A DNA stretch of 64,000 nucleotides from Octopus vulgaris (GCA_951406725.2 OX597829.1:36022001-36086000); one strand, 5' to 3'. Counted from the stretch's first letter, positions 14,996-30,974 are shown. Notes: generated by a model from the letters alone, not told the origin. A program made the numbers and translations.

Positions 14996-15081
<86 letters not shown>

Positions 15082-15185
15082 GCGTGCGTGCGTGTGTGTG
15101 TGCATGTGTGTGTATGTGTATGTGTCCGTGTGCTTGCGTCGTGGTGTCTGTTTGTCCCTATAAAAGCGATTCGGCATCAGAAACA
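14800..15185 (+). mobile_element. SINE family 1, partial copy
   Basis: GGCACCTTGG...TTGTGAGTGGA.TTGGTAGACGGAAACTG followed by (TG)n and the start of the tail. Confidence 0.7.
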
Positions 15186-15256
15186 AAATAGTGCCGCACA
15201 CACACTAACGCACTTATACATATATACACACACATATGCACACATACATAGAAATG

Positions 15257-15302
<46 letters not shown>

Positions 15303-15431
15303 GGGTGAGTGTAATAACTGAGCTATATATATTTATATACATACATTCAAATATATATATACGAATGTATGCATATATATATATATATATATGTGTGTGT
15401 GTATGTATATATATACATAGATGGTTAGATT

Positions 15432-15523
<92 letters not shown>

Positions 15524-15910
15524 TACATATACATACAGATTGCGGTGTGTGTATGACTGAGCTGTGTATATATAAATATATACAGTCACACACACACACA
15601 GATGCATACACAACGACATAAACACACATATATACATATATATATATATATATATTTAGCATGGGGAAAGATGTATTAAAGTGTAAAAAAATTGCAGAGA
15701 ATATTCAGCATTTGAAACATTTAGAGAACCATTAAAATAGCGTGAATTTACGCCTGTATAAAGTATAGAACCCTATCAGTAGTAATGTTTCATGTGTATA
15801 ACGTAGTAAAAACAAATTAGAACGTCCGTATATGAACTCATATAAACGGACGACTATATATATGTATATATATATATCTTTGTAAATTCATATATGCACA
15901 CACACATACT

Positions 15911-15950
<40 letters not shown>

Positions 15951-16000
15951 TATATGTGCATGTGAAAGTATATGTATATATATATATATATATACATATA

Positions 16001-16149
16001 GGCGCAGGATGACTGTGTGGTAAGTAGATTCACAGGGTTCTGGGTTCAGTCCAACTGCGAAGCTCCTTGGTTAAGTTTCTTCTACTGTAGCCTGGGGCCG
16101 ACCAAAGCCTTGTGAGTGGATTTGGTAGACGGAAACTGAAAGAAGCTCG

Positions 16150-16207
<58 letters not shown>

Positions 16208-16480
16208 ATGTGTGTGTGTGTGTGTGTGTGTGGATGCGTGTGTGTGCGTGCGTGGGTGTGTGTGTTTGCTTGTCTGTATTTGGTCCGTCCAACATCACCT
16301 GAAACCGATGCTGGTGTGTTTACGTCCCCGTAACGTAGCGGCTCGGATAAAGAGACCGATAGAATAAGTTCTAGCTTTACAAATAATAAGTCCTGGGGTC
16401 GATTTGCTTGACTAAAGACGGTGCTCCAGCATGGCCGCAGTCAAATGACTGAAACAAATAAAAGAGTAAATGAATAAAAG
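16001..16480 (+). mobile_element. SINE family 1
   Basis: Head, internal (TA)/(TG)n and complete tail. Confidence 0.85.
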
Positions 16481-16545
16481 AAAACACATACACACATATA
16501 TATACATATATGTATATTTGTGAAATACACACACTCACACACACA

Positions 16546-16599
<54 letters not shown>

Positions 16600-16665
16600 T
16601 ATACATACATACTAATATATTGAGATATATTCGATGTATATACATATTCAATATAAATACATACA

Positions 16666-16731
<66 letters not shown>

Positions 16732-16737
<6 letters not shown>

Positions 16738-16927
16738 CACAAGTGGACATCCATTATGCTAGATGTAGACCCCATATTGTCTGACAACTAAGAAAAGATT
16801 GTTTTCAAGAAAATTCAGCAAACGCCGTTCTGGGGTTTGCTGAATTTTCTTTAGAATAATCTTTTGTTAGTGGTCAGACCATATGGGGTCTACATCTAGC
16901 ATAATGGATTTCCACTTAGTGGTCATC
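16732..16927. repeat. Long imperfect palindrome (fold-back)
   Basis: GATGACCAC...GAAAATTCAGCAAAC / GTTTGCTGAATTTTC...GTGGTCATC with a short loop. Confidence 0.9.
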
Positions 16928-17074
16928 CTTCTTATATGTATGCAATATAATTTTTCTGAATCTTCAGATTTTTCAATATGCTAGGCTACTGGTTTTAAAT
17001 TGGTATTAATCAAATAAATATTCGATTTTACACCCTTATTATTTAAATATATATATATATATATATATATAAAC

Positions 17075-17345
17075 GTAAAACTTAGATAAAACTTAGATAT
17101 GTTTCGACCAAAGATTGGTCCTTGCCATGTCTAACTTAATAGCACCACCTGATAGGATTATTCGAATCCTGTTTAAGTCAAGTTTTGTTTATGGTCCATT
17201 CAAGTAGTGAGTTCTTGTTGGGTGAGTTGTATTCAATTATGGGTGGCTTATCTGGTATTCTTTGAAGGAATCTATCCAGACTCCGTTTAAAGTTGATGGG
17301 ATCCTTTTCCTCTTTGATCTCCCTCGGGACAATGTTAAATAGGGC
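17075..17345 (-). mobile_element. CR1/L2-like LINE 3' end
   Basis: [34 protein letters not shown]...NSLLEW* then a short 3'UTR with a terminal hairpin and (ATCTAAGTTTT)-type tandem tail. Confidence 0.75.
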
Positions 17346-17393
17346 ATATATATATATATGTTGAGATATATATTCAGATATATTCGATGTATG

Positions 17394-17486
<93 letters not shown>

Positions 17487-18513
17487 TTGATTAGTTACAA
17501 GATGGTCTACTTTATTCAACTGAATATTAACATTTATGTATACATATATATTTATAAAGGAGAGATAGATAGCTACAAAGAACCACCCTTCCATTTTTCC
17601 ATCCATCTATCCATCCATCCATCTATCCATGCATACATACATACCTATATACATACATAGCAATATGTAAATGAGAATGAGTGTCAATAGTTACGTACGA
17701 TATTGTACCTGATTCGTTATGGTAATGAATGCATGTTCTATTTTGTCGTGTGGTGCACAGTATGTTCAATCAAAAAGAAAATTACAAATCTAGATAATAT
17801 ACATCTATCTAGGCTTAGGAAAATTAGTCTTCGTGTTGATTTGTTCGTTTAAAATCCTTCAAGGTGGAGACCTAGCATGGCCACAGTCAAATGACTGAAA
17901 CAAGTAAAACATAACTCGTTAAAGATATATATATCTATCTATCTATGTATCTATGTATCTCCCCCCCTCTCTCTCTCTCTCTTTCTAACAAAAAAGTGGA
18001 ACAAGAACAAAACATCCGGACAGTTAGACGATATAAAAAAATGACGGGTCATTCGGAGCTTTCTACTCGCAGTCGAGTACAAGATCATTGCTGCAGTTTC
18101 GGCCGGATACACTCGAGTCTGCCCTAATCTGGCCGTCCCGAAGAAAATCTAAGCTAAGAGCACTAGACTCCTTGGAAGAAAGCACGCGCATGTATACGAA
18201 AACAAGGAGGAAAAAAAGAATTAGAAATGATACACAATTAAATACAAACAGCAGGAGATTAACAACAGGTGTCTTTCGACTAAGGACGAATTAAATTATA
18301 TATATATATATATATATATATAAACATAATATACAACAAGTACAGGACACGACTAACTAGTGAAAAATCGTAAATACATAATAAGAGACATGCACGGGCC
18401 AAAATACCAAAAGAATTTTAACCCCTCCTCAATTGTCGACTAACAATTACTTCCTATTTCAAGCAGTCATTTGACTGGGCCCATCACCATATATATATAT
18501 GAATATTAATGTA

Positions 18514-18545
<32 letters not shown>

Positions 18546-18712
18546 AACTTACTCTTAACAAATGTCGGGATGCGTGGAGTTCAGTTACTCAATAAATGAA
18601 AATTGCATTAAATACTAAAAAATGTACATGTAGGACAGACACAGAAGGACTTTAGTTCTTCATCAGTTATCGACCAAAATACTAATACTCAGTTTCATAT
18701 ACTAATACTCAG

Positions 18713-18774
<62 letters not shown>

Positions 18775-18855
18775 ATATATATATACATATACATATATAT
18801 ATATATGTGTATATATATATGTATATATATATATCTATATCTATATATGTATATG

Positions 18856-19520
<665 letters not shown>

Positions 19521-19860
19521 AAAGCAATAAAGATTCAAGTTAATTTAAATGAATTTACTTGAATATGGTACCTAACTTAGATGCACCAAAAAAAAAACTA
19601 TACTGATTTAACAATACAGTAATGTGGGGTGATTATAAGCGAGAATGAAGCAACAAGAATGGATAGGTTTTTAGTACAATCGTTTCATACAAGGACAGGT
19701 TTTATTAAAAGTTGCAAAAATTACAGCATATAAACGTGTCCCGTACTCATCAGCTAAAATACATGTGAGTTCTCTAGACATCCTACACCATTGGAAATTG
19801 TGCATCTATACAAAGGATTAATTCACCCTCTCTGTAATGCTAATAAGCAGGTCACATGTA

Positions 19861-19951
19861 TTTTAGCTGATGAGTACGGGACACGTTTATATGCTGTAAT
19901 TTTTGCAACTTTTAATAAAACCTGTCCTTGTATGAAACGATTGTACTAAAA
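19861..19951 (+). ncRNA. Type I hammerhead ribozyme motif (mirror copy on - at 19669-19759)
   Basis: Stem I TTTTAG/CTAAAA; CTGATGA at 19867-19873; stem II GTACGGGACA/TGTCCTTGTAT; GAAAC-GATT-GTA, predicting cleavage after 19945. Confidence 0.75.
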
Positions 19952-19955
19952 CTAT

Positions 19956-20020
<65 letters not shown>

Positions 20021-20076
20021 TATATACATATATATATACATATATATATACATATATATATGTTATATATACAAAA

Positions 20077-20120
<44 letters not shown>

Positions 20121-20712
20121 GAATGAGAGAGAGAAAATGGAATTCACACAATTCTCAATCATTACGATTGTTTCGATCCATAATGCATCGGTGCCAATTG
20201 TGGTGCATCATAGGTGAAGATGTGTCTGCTCAGGTGATTGTCAAAAATTATCTTATTTTTAATTCGCTGTTTACTTTATTTCTATAATAATCCATTTTTA
20301 TATTAGTAGCGTACTACGCGTCCACCTAGGAAGCTGAAATATTGCACAGGAATGAGCGAAACGGGAAATTTCTAAGAACCTAGTTTTCGACAAATCACCT
20401 GATGTAACACAACAGCAACTGTGATGTATCACAATTATTTGTACACCATCTCATGTGCGAGGTACCGATGTACGATTGGTCAAAACGCTTGTAGTGAATA
20501 AAGAGTCTCGTCAATTCCACTTTTTCCCTCACATTTTTATAAACTCTGCGGAGACAAAGTAATTCCTGAAGTAAATCCAGTGGGACATGCCTTCACATTA
20601 TTGATGACATTAGGTAGCCAAATTCTGTGATTGGGCTTTAAACGACATACTACTAGTTATATGCATAAATGTTAATTTAGTGCCTATGCATATACCCCCC
20701 ACACACACACAC

Positions 20713-20755
<43 letters not shown>

Positions 20756-21015
20756 GAGAGAGAGAGAGAGAGAGAGAATATATATGAATCTACACACACA
20801 CACACATATGAACATATACGTATAAATATCTGTATATTCATACATTTATAAATGAATATGTATATGTTATATGGATGTATTTTTATGAACGTATGTACGT
20901 ATATATGTATACATCTATCTTTATATCTATTTATCTATACCTATTTATCTACCCATCTATCTATCTATCTCCCTCACTCTCTCTCTCTTTTTCCCTTTAT
21001 ATGTATATACATATA

Positions 21016-21048
<33 letters not shown>

Positions 21049-21254
21049 GTTTATATATATATATTAGTGTATATATGTATAAACATATGAATAGAGAAAA
21101 TGATGTAAATAAACAAATAAAACTGCTCAGACTGGATATACAAAATATGCACAAACACACACACACATAACATATATACATATATATATACATACATATA
21201 TGTATATACATTACATATTTAAATATATTTTATATATGTATATAACTTATATAA

Positions 21255-21640
21255 CTCACATTGGTTTCAGTTATTATCGGCCCAAGCATTGACTAACCTA
21301 ATAGCATCCTGGAAAAGACTTTTAGCTAATTATTCTGGTTCACCATGGACCACCCAAGTAGAGAGCTGTCGGTAGTCCAGGTACCGTTTGAAAGTTGTGG
21401 GGTCTTTTTGCTACTTTTTGCTACTTTCTTTCGAGATAACATTGAAAATTGCAAGACCATTTTCAGTGAAGAAATTTATTCGCAATGTTCTTATGTGATG
21501 TAATCGCGACTTTTGTAGGGGATTCATTGCACGGGGGCCTACCCTTGGGGGAATTGTAAACATAATATCGATATCATTTGGTTAATGTTGGTGGAATATT
21601 ATCGGCATGGTGCAAATATTTCTCACGGCCCCTCCGCTGG

Positions 21641-21641
<1 letters not shown>
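21255..21641 (-). mobile_element. Older diverged CR1-like LINE 3' fragment
   Basis: Minus strand reads HIRTLRINFFTENGLAIFNVISKE...DPTTFKRYLD, similar to the 17178 peptide; its 3'UTR (caggatgctattaggttag...gaaac) resembles 17101-17155. Confidence 0.6.
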
Positions 21642-21736
<95 letters not shown>

Positions 21737-21989
21737 ATATACCTATATATATAAGTATATATATATGTATATACACACACACACACATATGTATATATAC
21801 ATATATAGCGCTTAAATGTATACAATAGTAATAATAATAATGATAAGAAGAAAATAACTTACGCATAGACAGGTAAATGCTTGTATATATATATTTGTGT
21901 GTGTATGTGTATACATATATGCATGAATATATTTAGACGTATATGGATGTGTGTGTGTGCTTGTGTGTATATATATGTGTGTTCGTGTG

Positions 21990-22178
21990 TTTTGTTAGTC
22001 CCCTCACCATCGCTTGACTGCCGATGCTGGTATGTTTACATCCCCATAACATAGCCCTGCGGTAAATGTGACCGATAGAATAAGCACTAGGCTTACAAAG
22101 AATAAGTATTCGTGTCGACTTGTTTGACCAACATGGCTGCAGTCAAAATGACTGAAACAAGTAAAAGAATAAAAGAAT
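21990..22178 (+). mobile_element. SINE family 1, tail only
   Basis: CCGATGCTGG...GACCGATAGAATAAGCACTAGGCTTACAAAG...TGACTGAAACAAGTAAAAG. Confidence 0.75.
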
Positions 22179-22339
22179 ATGTGTATGTGTGTGTATGTGT
22201 GTGTGTGTGCGTGTGCGCGTGTGAATTTTTAAAAAAATAATAATAGTTATAATAATGAAAAGAAGAATAATAACAATACTAATAATAAAACAAAATATTA
22301 TTATTATCGGTTCAAATTTTTGCAACAAGAGCAGCTTCG

Positions 22340-22440
22340 GGATGTTGGACAGGGTCTATTGCTTCGACTCCATCGTTAAATTGGTACTTATTTTATCGAT
22401 CCCGAAAGGAGGAAAGGCAAAGTCGACCTCGGCGGAATTA
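22340..22440 (-). mobile_element. SINE family 2 fragment
   Basis: TGGTACTTATTTTATCGATCCCGAAAGGAGGAAAGGCAAAGTCGACCTCGGCGGAATT. Confidence 0.7.
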
Positions 22441-22459
22441 TATACCACTAAACAGTTAA

Positions 22460-22460
<1 letters not shown>

Positions 22461-22490
<30 letters not shown>

Positions 22491-22540
22491 AAGAAGAAGA
22501 AGAAGAAGAAGAAGAAGAAGAAGAAGAAGAAGAAGAAGAA
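22461..22540. repeat. (AAG)n microsatellite
   Basis: Direct reading. Confidence 0.95.
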
Positions 22541-22671
22541 ATTCCATGCATACATATATGTATATATTTAGATGTACATGTATATGTGCGTGTTTGTGTG
22601 TATATATGTGTGTGTTCTATGCATATTTATATAAATATTTCTATATTTCTATATAGGCATATGTAAGATTA

Positions 22672-22723
<52 letters not shown>

Positions 22724-22854
22724 GCAAGATATTCAAATATGCTCATATATAAGGTATATATGTATACAAATGTATATATGAATATGTAAATAAAAATACA
22801 CGCACACACATATATATGTGTGCGTATATATGAATATATATGTGTGCATATATA

Positions 22855-22903
<49 letters not shown>

Positions 22904-22956
22904 GCACTGACAAACATTTATATATACACAGATATGAATGTACAAATGTATATATA

Positions 22957-23004
<48 letters not shown>

Positions 23005-23027
23005 GCATATACATATATATATATATG

Positions 23028-23074
<47 letters not shown>

Positions 23075-23084
23075 TGCATATCAA

Positions 23085-24590
<1,506 letters not shown>

Positions 24591-24893
24591 CACACATCCA
24601 CATGTATATACATTCGTATATCCATACATATACACATATAAATATAATCAAATGAATAATAACAGACGTTGGATAATCGTCAGCATATTGCAGCTGTTTC
24701 GTAACCATTTTTTAATAGAAGAATGAGAACATTACTACATTACAAAAAACTGTAATCATCGGGTTTTCACTGTGTATACATCCGGAATATCCCATTCGAT
24801 ACTTATCAAACTTAGGCTGGAATCTCACGTTTCTCCAACCCGACTTGCAGCATATCTTATCAATACCCGATTCTATCTGAATCCTTATTTTAA

Positions 24894-24949
<56 letters not shown>

Positions 24950-24952
24950 TAT

Positions 24953-24986
<34 letters not shown>

Positions 24987-25024
24987 CATACATACATACA
25001 TACATACATACATACATACATACA

Positions 25025-25055
<31 letters not shown>

Positions 25056-25105
25056 TGAAGGAGTGATAGAAAGATAGAGACATCGATATAGAGAGAAAGA
25101 GAGTG

Positions 25106-25160
<55 letters not shown>

Positions 25161-25302
25161 ATAGATAAGAGAGGAGAGACTGAGACAGAGAGAGATACAC
25201 GCATACATATATGTGTTATTTCAAATACCTATATACTTATATATAAATATATAAATATATAACCTATATATATACCTATATAATTATATACATATGTATA
25301 TG

Positions 25303-25439
<137 letters not shown>

Positions 25440-25534
25440 CACACACATACATACATAAATCTTGATAAAGACAACTTTATATAAGTGAATATGTATATAT
25501 GTATGTCAATATATATATAGTATGCATATATATG

Positions 25535-25575
<41 letters not shown>

Positions 25576-25858
25576 TCATATATGTTTGCATATCTACGCA
25601 TTAATATAGAGATAGATACATAGATATAGATATGTGAGCATACATGTGCATAAATATATGTATATACATGTAAAGACATAATTATGAATACATATATGAA
25701 TATTTTCATACATATATACTCTCATACACATACACATGCATATATATATACATACATACATACATATATATATTATAAACATTATATTAGAAGTATATAT
25801 ATTCATATTGATAGATACAGAGATACATATATATGTATATATATATACACACACACAC

Positions 25859-25921
<63 letters not shown>

Positions 25922-26879
25922 CATATAGATAGAGACATACATATATCCACCAAGACAAACATTTGTGGATATGTTATTCAGTACACATACACACTCTCTC
26001 TCACACACACACGCGCGTGCACACACACTCATACACACACACAGAGGCAGGCACGCACGTGCACACTAATTCACACGCACGTTGCATCTACATATATATG
26101 AATATATTTTTGTGTATATATGCATATTGTGTGTTTTTCTTTCTTTTTCTGTGTTCATATGTTTATGGTTGTATACATTCATGTATACGTTTTCAGATAT
26201 ATACATATATATGTATGTATACGCGCGCATACACACATACATACACATGTTTATCTTTCTGTCTATCTATTGATATGAATATTGGTGAATTTCAGTGTGT
26301 GTGTGTGTGTATAGTGTAAGAATTAACGGAATACTTCATAAATATATAAAAACATCAACAATATCTACAGTAACATCATAAGTCAACAGCAAGAATATCA
26401 ACAGTAAAAACAACAAAGAACAACGGCAGCAGCAGCAGCAGCAATAGCAGCAACAGTAAGAACGGCAGCAGCAGCAGTATTAGCAACGCTACAGTATTAA
26501 GAGCAGCCAGTACGACAACGACATTCACAATATCTACAACAACAGCAGCATTAATAGTAATGACAACAAATGTAGCAAAATTAATCACCACAACAACAGC
26601 AACAGTCATGAATATCAACATTGCGAGCAAGAACGACGACAAAAATATTGCGAAATGCTTAAATGAAGGAGAGAAGTGAGCCGAAAGCAAACCTGAAACA
26701 CACTCTCACTAGCAGTAAAACACGTTCACTTTCCAAACATATATAAAGATCACGACAGTTTCAAGTCGGTCTTGGTTGCTTGTCAGTCGAACCGTTTCCA
26801 GAGGGCCCCGCCTACTAGATTCACAGAGTGTGCGGGGATCTTGAAACAGATCCACGCATTGATAGCAGGCACCAGTTTG

Positions 26880-26890
26880 TAATTCGATTA
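26880..26890. promoter_or_regulatory. Palindromic P3 paired-homeodomain site TAATTCGATTA, ~1 kb upstream of the Phox2 ATG
   Basis: Exact TAAT-NNN-ATTA in a microsatellite-free block; near copy AAATTCGATTA at 28321-28331. Function is inferred only. Confidence 0.35.
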
Positions 26891-27937
26891 GATATTGCAT
26901 ACATAAGCGTCCCCAGTGTAAGTACACTACACACAGTTCGAAAATTTGATGAGCATATTTGGAATCATATGAAAATTTTCTATCAGTGGTGGGCGAATTT
27001 TTGGGAAAAGTAGCAATTTTTTTTTCTTTCTGTAAATCTTTTCGATCGTGGGCCTTCAAAAAAAAAAAAAATAAAACAAAATACAAAAAATTCAAAATTA
27101 TTAAAGGGAAAAAAACATATACTTAAATTCACACAACTATATATTTTTATCTAATATACACTCACGTACATACATACACACAAACACACACATACACGCA
27201 CACACAGACACTGATACAAATGTACACATACACAAATACATATTCGTACACACACAAGACCTTTCGGATTGAATCATACAGCACCTCTGGAGTGTCTTTT
27301 ACAAGGTATCATTAACAGAAGACAGAAGAAAGCAAAGGAAAAGTTTAAAAGAAACTTAAAAAATATACACTAATATAATACGCAAATACATACATACATC
27401 AACTGAAGCACATAATTTTTTTAGTGTTTAAAATCGTGCTTGATGTAATATATATATACATATATAGATATATATATATATTTTTTATATATATATATAT
27501 TCATATACAAATATGTATATGTAAATTTATATCAATATATATATGTATATATATTCATATATATCTATAATATAGATATATATATATATATACATATCTA
27601 GAACCATAAAAGATTTGTATAACCGTGAATACACATACAATATATAAATACATACATATACATATTCATATACATATACCTACCTACTCACATACATACG
27701 TACGTACATACATACATATATATATATATATGTATATATATATATGTATGTATGTATATATGTGTATACATAAGACATAGATAGAAAGAGACCGAGAGAG
27801 TGAGAGTGAGAGAGAGAGAGAGAGAAAGAGAGAGAGTTAGAGATACACATTTCCGATTTAATCACAAGTCATCCTCCCCTACAGGAATTTCACATCTTTG
27901 ACTTCACTGGTTTGGTACGCATTCTTCTTTAGCCAGC

Positions 27938-28187
27938 ATGGAATACCCATACTTAAACCAAACTACATTTGATGCAGCAAATTGTTCTCTGTCAGGGATG
28001 GACAGCAGTCTTCCAAATTGTAACATTCCTTGCTCCTACGGAGACACAAGTCCTTTTGGACAAATGTCCCAGGGTTACCGCTATAATGGGGTGAGATCCT
28101 TTCCCAGTAATCCGACTATCACCACAGGAAGTTGTAGTATGATGCCGCGGACTAGAGACCATCCACAACCACCGGTATTTCCTTCTG
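27938..28187 (+). CDS. Phox2: Phox2 (PHOX2A/B-like paired-class homeobox) first coding exon; partial CDS
   Basis: Translates as MEYPYLNQTTFDAANCSLSGMDSS...SYGDTSPFGQMSQGYRYNGVR...GSCSMMPRTRDH, resembling the PHOX2B N-terminus (MEYSYLN...MAGMDTSSL...YADFSSCSQ..FQYNPIR...GSCS...RDH). Good Kozak context gccagcATGg. Exon ends G|GTAAGT at 28187/28188 after 83 codons + 1 nt (phase 1, as for PHOX2B intron 1). No homeodomain exon seen in the window. Confidence 0.88.
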
Positions 28188-28767
28188 GTAAGTAATGCGA
28201 ATTTTCTGGTCTAAATTGGAAAACCGAATTGCCTCGAAAATAAGATTTGGGCGGACAAAACCATTTTAGCTTTCCCTAACGCAGTTAGTGGCGTCTATAG
28301 CACACAAATTACTCCCCCACAAATTCGATTACTGCATGTAGAAAGACTCATTTTACATAATTTTCACCCAAGCTGAAAATTTCTATTTATTTATAACCTA
28401 AATTGACGCAGTAACTGAAATTGAATCAGCTCTTCACTTATTTTACTGGTGTGTAAATGATTTTCGGCTGTTATCGAAGCTGGACAGAAAATACTGGCCT
28501 ATGTGAATGAGTTATGCGTATTTCTTACACGAAAAGCGGATTACGATTTCCAGCGAGGAAACAGACAATATTTCCTCTACTATCAAAGATAATACTTTAC
28601 AGAAAAAAACCAACTCTTGTAAGATTATATATTTTAAGATCTTTCCATCATTATTTCTTTTCTCATGACATATATACTAACTCATGAATACATACGTACA
28701 TATATGTATATGCGGGTACGTATACAAATATGTATGTGCATATATGTATCTATGTTTACACACACAG

Positions 28768-28849
<82 letters not shown>

Positions 28850-29590
28850 ATTTATATGTATATATGTATATATATATATACATAATATATATTTATATAT
28901 ATAGATGTGTGTGTATATACGTATATATACATGTATATGATATATATATATAATATATTTGTATGAGCACGTGTGTGTATGCGTGTGCACGTATGTGTAC
29001 GGAGTACGGATATGTTTTTTATTTGTATGTCTGTTTGTCATGTGAGTACATTATCATGCATGCTTATGTTTATATAAGGAATATTTTACAACGCACATAT
29101 AACTACACACCCAACCACAAACGCATAATATATATATATATATATATGTTATTAAATACTATATTATTATGTGTGTGTGCATACGTACATACGTACGTAT
29201 GTACGTATGCATGTATGTATGTATGTATGTATGTATGTATGTATGTATGTATGTATGTATGTATGTATGTATGTATGTATGTATGTATGTTTGTATGTTT
29301 GTGTACGTATGTATGTATGTATGTATGTATGTATGTATGTATGTATGTATGTATGTATGTATGTATGTATGTATGTATGTATGTATGTATGTATGTATGT
29401 ATGTATGTATGTATGTATGTATGTATTTGTCTATATAGCAGGAATGATGTTTGTCTGAAACTATCGAATTTTGTACCGGTTCAAATGTGCAACATGCGAT
29501 CAAATGCGATTAGAGTATGTTATTGGAACATGCGATCAAATCGTACCTGAGTTTCTCAAAGCATATAATGATGCATATACATAATTTAAC

Positions 29591-30050
29591 TGTAGAATAT
29601 GTGGAGTTCAGGAAGTACAAAAGAATGACCACATTGTCTTCAAGTGTACAGTTTAAGTACAAAAATATTGCATTAACAGACATGATTTTTAGATTTATTG
29701 TTGTAGTAGGAAATACTAACGGAAAAGATATAGTATAAGCAAGCACCAGAGAATGTCTCACAAAATGAAAAATTGAACATAATCTGGAGTGACACAAACA
29801 GGTGAGACAAATTAACTTAGTCGGCCGTATATTTTTTCAAAGATCACGCATAAGAGGAGGGCCTAGTAACCAAAGGATCGGTAACAACAGAATTTTAATG
29901 ATTCGCTCATAAAACTCTGTCAAAATTTAATGATCTGTAAATGCAGGTAACAGGTATATCATGGCTGGACACAGAAAACAGCCATTAAAAAGGGAATGTA
30001 GAATAATTAAACAGAAGATATTGAGACCCAAAACATAGAAAGTGGAAATA
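29591..30050 (+). mobile_element. Heavily decayed R4/Dong-like LINE fragment
   Basis: CRICGVQE...HIVFKCTV*VQKYCINRHD and EILTEKI*YKQAPENVSQNEKLNIIW parallel the 59112-59459 peptide. Confidence 0.7.
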
Positions 30051-30447
30051 AATATAACACATACTATATATTGCAACTAAATACAATATATGCTGAACAT
30101 ATTCAAGCTCATAAGTGTAACGAAAACAGTAAATATATAAAATACCAATGATAATTCTTGTACTGCTTCTAACGCTCTTTTATACCACAAGGCTTATACT
30201 ATAACGAAGACAAACTACACAAACGCACGCACGCACACACAACCACACATACACACAAACACACACACAAATACACACATATACAGACACATATAAATAT
30301 ACAAAACAGTTTTCTTTTAGTTTCAGCATACAAAATACATCCACAGGGCAGTGATAGACATGGTGCCACTATAGGAAACATTTGCCCAAATTACCGGGAC
30401 AACCTGGTTGAGAAACAAAACTCTAAGCACCCAGCCACATGTATATA

Positions 30448-30545
<98 letters not shown>

Positions 30546-30550
30546 CATAC

Positions 30551-30587
<37 letters not shown>

Positions 30588-30592
30588 CATAC

Positions 30593-30647
<55 letters not shown>

Positions 30648-30874
30648 TATGTGTGTGTTTGTATGTATGCATATTATGTATTATATATATATACATATAT
30701 GTATGTATATACACTTATATGTATATATATATATATACATATGTATATGTATACACACACACATATATATATAATAAACAAATGCACCCCATTTTGAATA
30801 CCATGCCAAATTCTGGTGCCTTTAACTTAAGTATCATATTCAACAGAATCTAATTTTTTACTGAACTTATCATA

Positions 30875-30919
<45 letters not shown>

Positions 30920-30974
30920 CATTATTTACATTATTTATATTTGATGGATATTTGTCCTCATCTTGTTTGGCGTT

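Noticed and set aside
18085-18160. Hammerhead-like GAAACTGCAGCA with a GGCC stem on the minus strand
   Set aside because: No recognisable CUGANGA core or stem I.
18640-18720. CTGATGA and GAAAC on the minus strand with a ~20-bp tandem duplication
   Set aside because: Motifs are in the wrong order for the type I fold and lack supporting stems.
26376-26690. Hydrophobic 104-aa ORF as a membrane protein
   Set aside because: Product of a degenerate trinucleotide repeat.
28188-28195. ORF-track stop for the Phox2 ORF
   Set aside because: Lies past the GTAAGT donor, so it is intronic.
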